Origin: Candidatus Latescibacterota bacterium
GTDB taxonomy: Bacteria; Krumholzibacteriota; Krumholzibacteriia; WVZY01
Length of the DNA stretch: 64,000 bases
Reading direction: 5' to 3'
Assembly: GCA_963791045.1 (NCBI GenBank)
Contig: CAWBQK010000006.1
Coordinates: forward strand, 64,001 to 128,000
How positions within the stretch are numbered: the first letter of the stretch is position 1; each line of letters opens with the position of its first letter. The translations under genes were made by a program, and so were the position numbers. The notes under the pieces were generated by a model, which was given only the letters and a program-made list of their open reading frames with translations, made no database searches and had not been told where the DNA came from. This document shows positions 9,793-19,317 of this stretch, one piece after another.

Positions 9793-11516
9793 CAGTCAAA
9801 ATAATCCAGGTCTTTTAATGGGTCTTGAACTGCAGGCTCAATATCAAGATCAATAAGCTGCTGATGTAACTCTTCGATGACATTCTTTAACTCAGCCATG
9901 CGTATCTCTCGACCGGCCATGTGATCCACCATTTTTGTTAGTTCTTTTGTCCGGTCTTTAATTCTAGACTCCAGTGAATCAGCATGAATTCTCAACCGTT
10001 CGTAAAGTCGTGCATTGTGGATTGCATGAGCCGCCTGAGAGGCAAACAAGTTGGCAAGTTTAGCTTCTGGTGAGCCAAATGCGGATTGTTTCCTGCTGTC
10101 CATAGTGATGTAGCCAATAAAGTTATCATGAATTACAAGGGGTACTCCCATCCAGCCTTTGACATGATGCATTTCTCCCCAACCTTGATAGCGTGAATCT
10201 CGCATGGCATTGTCTATGATGATAGGTTTCTTTTTTTCTATCATTTCCTGGCACAGAAGGTTTGTGGTTGGAAATGTTTTGCCAACAACTAATTCTGGAT
10301 GGGGATGATTATGAACTGTTTCTAAATGCAGTTCTCCATCCTTCAAGAGGAAAATAGAAGCACTATCAAATGATAGGGTCTCCTCCAGCTTGACAAGAAC
10401 TAGACTCAGAAGCTCCTCCAGAGAAAGAGTGGAAGATAGAGAATTGGTCACGACATGCAAAGCTTCCAGTTGGTCAGAGAAATCCTGTATGTCTTCTCTG
10501 ATCATTACTCTTTCAGAGATATCCTGGGTTGTTCCTACCATTCGTAATGGAGAACGATCAGGTCCCCGTTCAACGACCCGGCCTTGATTTAGGACCCAGA
10601 TCCAGTCACCAGATTTGTGTTTCATGCGTATTTCTGTTTGAAAATGAAAGGTATCTCCCGCAAAATGTTTGAGGATCATTTTGTTGGATTTCTCCAGATC
10701 ATCCGGATGGGAAAGTTTTTCCAAGATATCAATTGTCATTGGATCGAGCTCAGTTTTTCTATAACCGATAATTTCTGCAAATCGATCATTGATCAAAATG
10801 GTATCAGTTTGCAGATCCCAATCCCATAAACCTGAACCTGTACTGGTCACGGCCAGTTCAAGGGTTTCCGCTCTTTCTTCCATTTTTTTTCCTGCTTCAA
10901 TCCAGTCGGTATTATCCCGGATGGTACCCTGGAAACCAGTTACTTCACCCTCGCTGTTTGTTATCGCTGTTGAGGTTAGAAGGGTATGGAGGATATTGCC
11001 GTCTTTGTCTACCATCTCCACAGGGAGATCCTTGATAAAACTGCTATGTAATATTCTGGATTGTTCATTCGGGTTCAAATAAGCCTGGATAGCCGATGTA
11101 TTTAATAGATCTTTCTTGGTTTCGAAACCAAAAAGATTTACAGTTGCCTGATTGGCGTCTACCCATTTTCCATCTTTGGTAGTGACAAAGACTGGATCTT
11201 TTGAGGTCGTAAAGAAACGGTGTAATTTATCTTCACTATCTTGAAGAGAGCGGGTTTTTTCGCGAATAGACTTACGGAGAACGAGGATATAAAGGAAAAG
11301 GATAATGATAAAACCGGCTGCCAATGATAACCCGATTGTAAACCAGGGAGAGGCACTCTGGCTTAAGGAAATCCAATGGGGTGTCAGATCTGGATTGAAA
11401 GTAGAAAAAGTACCCGTGATAAAACCACCCCCCAATAGGAATTGAAAGGATTTCCCAGGTCCATTATGAGGATCGTGAAGATCTGGTTGAGTCCAGCATC
11501 TGAGAAAATATTTCAT
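9792..11516 (-). CDS. TM-PAS-PAS-GAF sensor with coiled-coil tail and no output domain
   Basis: One TM, PAS (DANQAT..LFG), PAS3 (GLWDWD, HPDD, GDWIWV), GAF (WMGVPL...NARLY), tail MAGREIRMAELK. Confidence 0.85.
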   Translation of the reverse strand: MKYFLRCWTQPDLHDPHNGPGKSFQFLLGGGFITGTFSTFNPDLTPHWISLSQSASPWFTIGLSLAAGFIIILFLYILVLRKSIREKTRSLQDSEDKLHRFFTTSKDPVFVTTKDGKWVDANQATVNLFGFETKKDLLNTSAIQAYLNPNEQSRILHSSFIKDLPVEMVDKDGNILHTLLTSTAITNSEGEVTGFQGTIRDNTDWIEAGKKMEERAETLELAVTSTGSGLWDWDLQTDTILINDRFAEIIGYRKTELDPMTIDILEKLSHPDDLEKSNKMILKHFAGDTFHFQTEIRMKHKSGDWIWVLNQGRVVERGPDRSPLRMVGTTQDISERVMIREDIQDFSDQLEALHVVTNSLSSTLSLEELLSLVLVKLEETLSFDSASIFLLKDGELHLETVHNHPHPELVVGKTFPTTNLLCQEMIEKKKPIIIDNAMRDSRYQGWGEMHHVKGWMGVPLVIHDNFIGYITMDSRKQSAFGSPEAKLANLFASQAAHAIHNARLYERLRIHADSLESRIKDRTKELTKMVDHMAGREIRMAELKNVIEELHQQLIDLDIEPAVQDPLKDLDYFD

Positions 11517-11715
11517 AGTTGCCTTCTAACTTCATGTGAAGTTGAAGATTTGAAAAAAGGTTGTTTTAATTATAGTAGAAACTCATTGATTTTTCTTACA
11601 TAAACAATGTACCTTTCCATTTTGCACGCCTGAAAAGATCCCTTAACGTGAGGATAACAAAGTTGTAGGTCGAAACCCACTCTGGAGATAGCGTTAATCT
11701 GGAAAATTGAGATAA

Positions 11716-11745
11716 GAATAAAAACGGATGAGTCCGCTTTTATTC
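11716..11745 (-). terminator. Intrinsic terminator downstream of the tRNA
   Basis: GAATAAAAACGGA-TGAG-TCCGCTTTTATTC inverted repeat with T-tracts. Confidence 0.7.
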
Positions 11746-11751
11746 AGAGAG

Positions 11752-11833
11752 TAGGGCGGGTGGGACTCGAACCCACATGGGTTGAACCGGGGGATTTCAA
11801 GTCCCCTGCGTCTGCCAATTCCGCCACCGCCCC
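11752..11833 (-). tRNA. tRNA with Leu-type body but anticodon TGA (Ser) as written; probably tRNA-Leu(TAA) with one substitution
   Basis: GGGGCGG TG GCGGAATTGGCAGACGC A GGGGA CTTGAAA TCCCC CGGTTCAACCCAT GTGGG TTCGAGT CCCAC CCGCCCT A; full cloverleaf, CCA not encoded. Confidence 0.92.
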
Positions 11834-11847
11834 AAACTCTGCCCTTT

Positions 11848-11875
11848 ATTGTACCCATCCTCTGATTTGGGTCAA
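11848..11875 (-). promoter_or_regulatory. Sigma-70-type promoter of the tRNA
   Basis: TTGACC-N16-TACAAT on the minus strand, 14 nt upstream of the tRNA. Confidence 0.7.
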
Positions 11876-11896
11876 GGTATATTCTATGGAGAGGGA

Positions 11897-12727
11897 TTAA
11901 AAAAGAGCGTTTGCCAACTGGGCGCGGTAGTCAATGACCAGGGGATGATCATTCTCAAATAACTCAAAAACCCCCAATATGATCTTTCTTGGCTGGCCAC
12001 TTCGATAGCCTTTATCTTTTTTTAGTATTTCAAGCATTCCATCCAGGGCTGCTTCTATATTCCCCACCTGGATCAAATGCAAGGATCGGTAATAATGAGG
12101 ATCAAGTGGGTTTTCAGATTGTTGGCCAGGTTCGAAATTATTCAACAGTTCTTCCACCAATGGCCTCAACCTTTCTGCGCTCTGATACTCGGTGCTGGTT
12201 GGGAAATGGTGGATAATTGTTAAAGCTTCCAGATATTCGCCCTGCCAGATCAAGCTTTTTGCGAGGAGTAACTTGGCGCCAGGATTACCCGGGTCATCCT
12301 CTAAGATCTCCAGACAGGTATCCTCCACTTCTTCGTAACGGCTGGATTCCAGATAACTTGCAGCTTTTTCAAGAAGCAAGTTTTCAGGGCCGGGAGCAAA
12401 GCTCCGGACAAAGTCGATCAGCTGTAAATTGGTTTGAAGGCCTTCCAGTTGGTGGGTGATCATTCCATTTTGGAAGGTCTTAAGTGTGGGGACGGTATGA
12501 ACCTGGTATCGCCCGGAGAGTTGAGGATTTTTATCCACATCCAGATTCGCCAGGCGAAACCGTCCGGGATTTTCCAATACTAGAGATTCTAGCTGGGCAT
12601 TGGTCCGTTTACAGGTATCATTCCATTTGGCCCAAAAGTTTACCAGTACCGGAATACGATCTGAGTAGACCAGTACCTCAACTTCGAAATCCAATTCGCT
12701 AACTGATATGATATCTGGCTCTTCCAT
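11897..12727 (-). CDS. Thioredoxin-like/TPR co-chaperone (YbbN/CnoX family), no CxxC
   Basis: PVLVNFWAKWNDTC thioredoxin fold plus TPR C-terminus ending YRAQLANALF. Confidence 0.85.
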   Translation of the reverse strand: MEEPDIISVSELDFEVEVLVYSDRIPVLVNFWAKWNDTCKRTNAQLESLVLENPGRFRLANLDVDKNPQLSGRYQVHTVPTLKTFQNGMITHQLEGLQTNLQLIDFVRSFAPGPENLLLEKAASYLESSRYEEVEDTCLEILEDDPGNPGAKLLLAKSLIWQGEYLEALTIIHHFPTSTEYQSAERLRPLVEELLNNFEPGQQSENPLDPHYYRSLHLIQVGNIEAALDGMLEILKKDKGYRSGQPRKIILGVFELFENDHPLVIDYRAQLANALF

Positions 12728-12735
12728 AGCTTTGC

Positions 12736-13155
12736 CTATTCATCTTCAGCGATCATTCCTGGCTGTTCAAGGTCAACAACTTCACCGTGATGGTCGATGA
12801 CTATTTTAAAGCCTGTCATCCCCATATATGCCCGACCATCTTCTGGCAGGCCTTGTTAAATCAATTGATCAAATTGGCGATCGATATTTTTCAATTGTTC
12901 GAGGAAAACTGCCCGGGAGAAGATGTCGTCCTGCCCGGTCATTTTTGCTGCTTGATCGCTGATGATTTCCTCGTGGCCTTCAATTCCGTTTTTCATCAAA
13001 TTTAACACCTGGCGGTCAACATCCGCGGAAGGTATGTGTCTTTTAAACCCATTGTCATCTACAACATAGCAAGGTTCTGGACCAATAAAAGTAGTTTCTA
13101 CCTGCTGGTCATCCTCGTCAAATACCAGCCCGGCAAATAGAGGTTCCGTGGGCAT
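12736..13155 (-). CDS. Hypothetical acidic protein; frameshift near 12857
   Basis: ORF 12856-13155 continues in another frame as QGLPEDGRAYMGMTGFKIVIDHHGEVVDLEQPGMIAEDE*. Confidence 0.7.
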
Positions 13156-13290
13156 AAATCAAATCACTCCAAATCTAATGACTAATCTTTACCCGCTAAT
13201 TGTATGATGCCTGGAGCATGTGAACAATAAGATATTTATAAAATCGTTTAATTTACCCTTGAGAGCTGGATTCACCCTGATCGAAGCAGG

Positions 13291-14309
13291 TTAATTGAAG
13301 ATATCGACGTGAGTACCTGAGACATTATATATAGATTGCTCATTATAGGGCACACTTGGCAGCGTCCAGCGGTAAAGCCACTTGGAAGCTTTGGATGGAA
13401 GGTTAATGCAACCATGACTGCGGGCTTTTCCAAAATCATTATGCCAGTATGTCCCGTGGAAAGCAATTCCGCTTTCGGTGATATATATGATCCAAGGAAC
13501 TCCTGGCAGGTCATAGCCATTATAGGCCAGGTTGCCGGCTGCCATATGCCGGGAAGGGCGCTTGTAATTTGTGATGTGATGGCCTGGTGGTGTGATGTAT
13601 TTGCCAGTGCTAAAATCTGCACCCGTAGCTGCCTTAACCATATAAACAGGATTATTGTATTCAAATGCGATCACAGTTTGGGTTTTTGTATGGACCTCGA
13701 TGCGTTTGAATATACTGGGTACATTGGGAGAGATTAGGCTCAGTTCGCTTTCAGGAATGACCCGCAAATGAGAAGCAGGGACGTAATAATCCAGGTCCCA
13801 TTTATCTTCCAGGATGTGATAATAAGGGATCCCGTCCGGTCCATTTACAAGACCCTTGATCCAGTGAGTGGTCTCGTAATAAAAGCGGTATGCTACGTGG
13901 TATCGTTCACCGGGGTTCCAAAGAGCATCTGTAAAAGGTACTGTGACTTCAGCCAATATTCCTGCGGCAGGAATATCATATAGGACAGGATTTGGGTCTG
14001 TGCGGACTGGTTGAATACCCCCTGAGTGGGCGTATCCTTCTGTTCCGACTTTATACCAGATCCTATTGTGTTCTGGTTCACCATACCCAAGCTCAATATT
14101 GCTGATTGGGAAGACTAAATCTTTCCAGTGGATCCGAATGCGCTCACTGTCAAATGTGGGCTTTCTATAGGTATAGATCCTCTCGTAAATCACTCTTCCC
14201 TGCTGGCCAGCGTAAATATTAAAGGCAGGGTTAATTGGCGGCCAACAAGACTGACAAGCCCTAATCCGCTCAGATTTAAAAAGTCCTTACGATTGAATTT
14301 TTGGCTCAT
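13291..14309 (-). CDS. L,D-transpeptidase (YkuD) with Tat-like signal; frameshift near 14220
   Basis: HGTYWHNDFGKARSHGCIN catalytic motif; upstream ATG 14309 gives MSQKFNRKDFLNLSGLGLVSL. Confidence 0.85.
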
Positions 14310-14311
14310 AA

Positions 14312-15307
14312 TTAATAATGGATATTAACCAGTGTTCCCACACTACCAAAGTTGAATGCCCATTCAGCGTCTTCATTTCTCATATTTACACAGCCATGAC
14401 TCATTGGATATCCGAAATTATTATGCCAATAAGTACCATGAATACCATACGAACCATAGAAGTACATTGTCCACTGAACGCCGGGGAGATAATATCCCGG
14501 GCCAGCCATTAAAGTTGAGGTGTATTTGACATAAACCCGAAAACGTCCGGTGACGGTTGGCGTCCCGGGGAGACCGGTGGAAACAATAAAGGTATTGATC
14601 AATTTGTCCCCATCATAGGCGTACATGCGCTGGGTGGTTAGGTTTATATCAAACCAGCGCTCATCCGGGTATACACCGGAAGGTAAAACCGATTTTATAA
14701 GAGAAGAATAGGTATTCGGAATAGGGGTAGGTTTTGGTGTTGGAGTGATTGTCGGTGTAGGTGTGTTTGTCGGTGTTGGTGTCGGCGTTGGTGTATTGGT
14801 CGGTGTGGGGGTGAAAGTAACCTTACGAACATTATCCTGGGCAGACAATGTCGTCTGGGCAGTAGCCTGGAAGTCGGGTAAGGCGAAGGAACCATCCGGA
14901 GTCCAGAGCCAGATCAACAAAACGCCGATCAGGATCACGGCAATTGTGGACAAGGAAAGAATGGCTGGCTTGTTAGATGTCAAAGCTTCCTTAGCAATAG
15001 AAATTGGAAGTTTGACGCGTTTAGGTTTTTGCCCGGGATTTGTTTTCCGGAAGCGTTGGATAGCCCAGTGCATGCCCTTTTTTGCTTGAATACTGGCAGG
15101 ATTGATTTTCAGCGCCCTTTTTAGATAAGAAATACTGGCTTCTGGTGAAGAAACAGAAGCGAGGTATAGCCAGGGTTCTTCAAAATCTGGAGCAAGTTGG
15201 ACTGCTTTTAAAGCCAGGCGCCGGGCCTGCTGAAGTTCGCCCCTGTTCAGGGCGTACTTGGCTTCGTTTAATGCTTCGAATGCTCCTTCCGGCAATTTTT
15301 GGGACAT
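14312..15307 (-). CDS. TPR-TM-Pro/Thr linker-L,D-transpeptidase (YkuD)
   Basis: N-terminal TPR, TM helix, (TP)n linker, HGTYWHNNFGYPMSHGCVN. Confidence 0.9.
   Translation of the reverse strand: MSQKLPEGAFEALNEAKYALNRGELQQARRLALKAVQLAPDFEEPWLYLASVSSPEASISYLKRALKINPASIQAKKGMHWAIQRFRKTNPGQKPKRVKLPISIAKEALTSNKPAILSLSTIAVILIGVLLIWLWTPDGSFALPDFQATAQTTLSAQDNVRKVTFTPTPTNTPTPTPTPTNTPTPTITPTPKPTPIPNTYSSLIKSVLPSGVYPDERWFDINLTTQRMYAYDGDKLINTFIVSTGLPGTPTVTGRFRVYVKYTSTLMAGPGYYLPGVQWTMYFYGSYGIHGTYWHNNFGYPMSHGCVNMRNEDAEWAFNFGSVGTLVNIHY
14725..14815 (-). repeat. Coding Thr-Pro tandem repeat (linker)
   Basis: Encodes TPTPTNTPTPTPTPTNTPTPTITPTPKPTP. Confidence 0.8.
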
Positions 15308-15309
15308 AA

Positions 15310-16083
15310 TTATTCCAGTGAAATAACTTCTCTGTTCAAGAAACACATAATTCCCGCAGTAATGCCGCGGGCAACAAGCGCTGGATTTTGCGTCAGTAAT
15401 TCCCTGTCCTGGTTCATGTAGCCGGTTTCTATGATCACTGCAGGTGTATTGGGATCCACTTCTCCAAAGGCATGATAACTGGTCATATCATCGGTTATGC
15501 GGTAGTCATCATACCTAAGACCTGTGGCTTCGGCATAGCGGTTCTTTATACATGCCATCAAGCGGGCAGCCTGCTCAGGGCGTTTGTTATCTGCCGCTTC
15601 GGCAATTTTGAACCCGGTTCCCAGTTCTGGAATATATTCACATGTATCAGCATGGATCGAGATCAGGCCATTGCTCTTATATCCGTTCAAATTGGCATCA
15701 AATTCCTGCAGCATATCTACCTGGATCCCTTCGCTTTCCAGATATTGGCGGGTCAGGTCAGCTATAGTGTAATTGATATCCACTTCCTTATAACCACCCA
15801 GGCTTTCGGAGCAAACCGCACCTACATCATCTCCATGGCCCCAGTGACCGACGACCAATCCGACATGCAGATTTATCTGGGGAGTTGCCGCGTTGGCATT
15901 CTCCCCGCTACCATTCATAGATTGGAAGGGGGATGGACTTAACCCGATGCCCGTAGCGGGCAGTGCGGTAAATAATGTAGCGGAGAGGATGGCAGCCAAC
16001 AAAACGTTGAGTATACCTTTTGTGGTTTTACTCACCATATTACTGGCCGGCTGCATTCCATGAGGATTTATTTGTGATTTCAT
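15310..16083 (-). CDS. N-acetylmuramoyl-L-alanine amidase (Amidase_3)
   Basis: N-terminal TM; Zn ligands in VGHWG, KEVD and ISIHAD; catalytic IETGYM. Confidence 0.88.
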   Translation of the reverse strand: MKSQINPHGMQPASNMVSKTTKGILNVLLAAILSATLFTALPATGIGLSPSPFQSMNGSGENANAATPQINLHVGLVVGHWGHGDDVGAVCSESLGGYKEVDINYTIADLTRQYLESEGIQVDMLQEFDANLNGYKSNGLISIHADTCEYIPELGTGFKIAEAADNKRPEQAARLMACIKNRYAEATGLRYDDYRITDDMTSYHAFGEVDPNTPAVIIETGYMNQDRELLTQNPALVARGITAGIMCFLNREVISLE

Positions 16084-16300
16084 TCCGTTATAATACTGGT
16101 AAAAGGCATTCCGGAACCCAGTTTAATTTTACCTTACTTTTCGTATAGAAACAGTAAAATGCCGCTGCCAGGTAGCCCTTAGTTATTGGAATATGGGCTT
16201 AATATAGGACAAATCGATCATCTTTATCCAGTTTTGGTCGATTTTCTTACCCAGATATGCCAAATTCTTAAAATCAGTTATTTCTCATAGGTGCAAGAAT

Positions 16301-16876
16301 ATGACCAAAAAGCTCACTCCCCAGGAAGGTCAGATCCTTCTTCACACTGCCCGCCAGGCAATAGAAGGCCATCTAAAAGGAGAAGGTACTCCCCCCATCA
16401 AATTGGATGAATACCCTTCGCCTTTAGCACAGAAAGGGGCATGTTTTGTCACATTAACCATTGATGGGGCCTTGAGGGGTTGTATTGGGTCCATTGAAGC
16501 ATCCCAACCGTTGATCAAGGATGTCCAGGAAAGAGCAGTTGGGGCAGCTTTTAATGATCCAAGATTTCCTGAACTCAGGTTGGATGAGTATCCTGACTTG
16601 AATATTGAGGTTTCACGATTAACCCCACCGGAAAGTTTGCAGTATTCCTCGCCTGATGAACTTGTGAAAAAATTGCGACCAGGCATTGATGGAGTTATCC
16701 TCCGCGCTACCTTCAGAAGAGCTACATTTCTTCCTCAGGTTTGGGAAGGGCTGCCTGAGCCAGAACAATTCCTGGGGAGATTATGCGTGAAGATGGGAAT
16801 GGATCCAGCAGCTTGGAAGCATCAGCACCTGGATGTGGAAATTTATCAGGTTGAAAAGTTCATTGAACAGGATTAA
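16301..16876 (+). CDS. amrA: AmmeMemoRadiSam system protein A (AMMECR1 domain)
   Basis: ACFVTL...LRGCIG, DPRF, IEVSRL, ATFLPQVW. Confidence 0.92.
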   Translation: MTKKLTPQEGQILLHTARQAIEGHLKGEGTPPIKLDEYPSPLAQKGACFVTLTIDGALRGCIGSIEASQPLIKDVQERAVGAAFNDPRFPELRLDEYPDLNIEVSRLTPPESLQYSSPDELVKKLRPGIDGVILRATFRRATFLPQVWEGLPEPEQFLGRLCVKMGMDPAAWKHQHLDVEIYQVEKFIEQD

Positions 16877-19194
16877 TTTAGATCGATCTGGAAGTTTGCT
16901 GATTCGGACAGCGAAATAGTGTCCTTGCCTGAGTGTGTGATAGTCGTTTGATGTTTTTCGCGTCTAATTTCATATCCTTTAAACTTTAGCGTAACAGGCC
17001 AGGGAAAAGGGTTTTCTCCTTCAATTCTCAGTTGGTTATCTTGAAGAAAACTTATACCGAGCACTTCGAGAAAGAATTTCACAGGGAAAAGTGATTCTAG
17101 GCTATTTTCTATGCCTTTCCCTGTGCCTGTTTTACTTCCATAACCCGGGAAAAACCCCCCTGATTGTCTAAGAACAGGAATGATTGCAGCCATCCAGCGA
17201 CCGATCAACTCTGCTGCTGTATGATGCCATCCAACACTTAGCAGCGAGTGCCCCAAGAGCAGATTCCAGAAAAGTTGCATCGTTGACTCTCCTAGAATCA
17301 GTGACAGGACTGAATCCAAAAGGGGAATAGTAACATTCTGGGTCAAGTAGTATCTGCTTAAAATATCACGGGTTTCATCCTCGGGCAGAACCCCGGCCCA
17401 GAGGGGAAGGAATTGGATAATATCCTTGCCAGAAGTGGTGGGGGCGATCAGGTTTATTTGGCCATTCGGGGCATTTGTGTTTAAAATACAGTAGTCTAGT
17501 TTTGAATATACAGTCTCGGATATTTCCCAATCAAATTCTCCTCCCCAGGTAAAATTTCCGGAGTTAAATTCCTCAATTCGGTACTTTCCTAACCGATCCA
17601 GTCCGTGACATATGATGCTGAATTCTTCTGAAGTATGGTCCGCACTCTGCCTGTGATGTAAGATCCCAATTCTGGAAGCTTGTGAAAAATCAGTCCTGAG
17701 GATATTTAATCCTGGATGCAAGTTATCGAAAATATCAAATCCCTTGACAACTTGATGGCTGTGACTGTCCCGGTTTTGAAATTCGTGATCTTTAATATTC
17801 CAGGACTCTTGCAAGAATTTGGAAAGTATTTTTTTTCTCTCTTGTGTTTGATGATCAGAATTATTCCCGAATATTTGAAGAAGATTTTCGATCCTGCAAA
17901 TATCATTGTAAATAATGGCACACAGTCCGGGCGATTCAAGATAAGGATAGGAGATAATTTGGTTTGCTGATGGTAGCTCAGCAGGAGTATCTGATCCACC
18001 GACATACAATATGCCAGGATGGTTTAACTCAGGGATACCATCAGCGTCCCTGTCCAGACCGGGTGAGAACCATTCTTCCAACCATTCAGTGGTTTTTTCA
18101 AGATAATTTGACCAGATATCCCCGGAAAAATTACAACGATGGATCTGCCACAACAGCTCTGCGGCTAATATGGGTGGACTGGAGTTATTATTGGAATTTC
18201 CCCTGCCGGGATTCGAATAACTACTTTGATTGAATACAAGATCAAGGATAGTACTTGCTGTTTCAGAAGTCTGGTTTTCGCGGGATTGTAGCAGCATCAG
18301 CGCCTGAATTGGAGAAATATTTATATCGTGGGGGCGATTGTGTTTTTCTTGAAAAGCAAGCTGATGATATCTCAAAATGCTTTGTTTTTGAGACATAGCC
18401 AGAACAAAATCCCAATCTGGATCTCCGGTGATGATCTCTAATTGGCTTTGATGGGTGACTTTTCGATGAGATATCTCGCCGGCCCAATCCAGTTGAATAA
18501 TATTTTCCAAACTTTCAAGAGCTGCTTTTTTGGAATTTGAACTTATGCATATCCAGCGCACATTTTCAGTACTGTTTGGCGTAAAAGTGAGTTTGGTTTG
18601 GAGAAAAGGGGATGGATCTTCCTTAAAGTATGTATTACCAGCTAAAAACAGGACCAGGTTGTGATTATTAATGTTCCCGGTCAGGATGGAGCGACCATTT
18701 ATTTTCTCGGATGTGATCAGATTTCCAGCTCCATCCATTTTCAGCATACAGACAATGTCTTGTAAAATATCCCTATTTTGATCCCTATGGTTGGTAATCC
18801 AGCTATCCCCACAGATCACACCCGGGTCTGGGGACCAGTAGATTGACTTAACTTCCAGATCTTCTAGAGGGTGGTGTTTGAATTCGATCCAATCCCAAGA
18901 GAAACACTCTAGATGAAGTGATGGATCGTAATCCGTGTTTTTGACCTGAGACCGGAATGGCTCATTGAAGCGAGGAAAAAACTGGAAGGTGATCCCCGGA
19001 TTCTCATTAATTAATTCAACCGCTGGATAAAAGGGGTTGGCTTTTGTTAGGGGCAAAATCCAGCCCTGATTTAGCTGCGAGCCTTTTGATGAGTAAAGGT
19101 CTCCGCATCCCAGGAGAAATTTCTCAGGTTGGGGATAATTCCAGTTGCTTGATCCCATATCACCTATTCTAAAGTCAGGCTGGAACCCAGTCAA
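16873..19194 (-). CDS. Hypothetical protein with a glycoside-hydrolase-like (alpha/alpha)6 region (MGH1/GH63-like)
   Basis: 773-aa ORF; WF...DRDADGIPE, ESPGLCAIIY and FLPLWAG segments resemble six-hairpin glycosidases. Confidence 0.5.
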   Translation of the reverse strand: MTGFQPDFRIGDMGSSNWNYPQPEKFLLGCGDLYSSKGSQLNQGWILPLTKANPFYPAVELINENPGITFQFFPRFNEPFRSQVKNTDYDPSLHLECFSWDWIEFKHHPLEDLEVKSIYWSPDPGVICGDSWITNHRDQNRDILQDIVCMLKMDGAGNLITSEKINGRSILTGNINNHNLVLFLAGNTYFKEDPSPFLQTKLTFTPNSTENVRWICISSNSKKAALESLENIIQLDWAGEISHRKVTHQSQLEIITGDPDWDFVLAMSQKQSILRYHQLAFQEKHNRPHDINISPIQALMLLQSRENQTSETASTILDLVFNQSSYSNPGRGNSNNNSSPPILAAELLWQIHRCNFSGDIWSNYLEKTTEWLEEWFSPGLDRDADGIPELNHPGILYVGGSDTPAELPSANQIISYPYLESPGLCAIIYNDICRIENLLQIFGNNSDHQTQERKKILSKFLQESWNIKDHEFQNRDSHSHQVVKGFDIFDNLHPGLNILRTDFSQASRIGILHHRQSADHTSEEFSIICHGLDRLGKYRIEEFNSGNFTWGGEFDWEISETVYSKLDYCILNTNAPNGQINLIAPTTSGKDIIQFLPLWAGVLPEDETRDILSRYYLTQNVTIPLLDSVLSLILGESTMQLFWNLLLGHSLLSVGWHHTAAELIGRWMAAIIPVLRQSGGFFPGYGSKTGTGKGIENSLESLFPVKFFLEVLGISFLQDNQLRIEGENPFPWPVTLKFKGYEIRREKHQTTITHSGKDTISLSESANFQIDLN

Positions 19195-19317
19195 TCACTG
19201 CTTCCATATCGATCTGATTTCTTATACTGGGTTAGGGGTTAGAATGCTTAATTTATGCTAGAATACCTCCAGAACGAGGAGCTTAGATTGCGGATAGTTT
19301 AGCGCTGTCCTAATATT

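Noticed and set aside
11752-11833. Genome-wide reassignment of UCA from Ser to Leu
   Set aside because: TCA encodes conserved Ser positions in this window (QueA YSFGD at 181-183; kinase H-box SVS)
12530-12540. DnaA box TTATCCACA
   Set aside because: Single copy inside a CDS; no cluster or origin context
14745-15089. Val-Gly repeat ORF on the plus strand
   Set aside because: Antisense shadow of the Thr-Pro linker of the L,D-transpeptidase
16301-16876. amrA without amrB/amrS
   Set aside because: The partners are often unlinked and cannot be judged from one window
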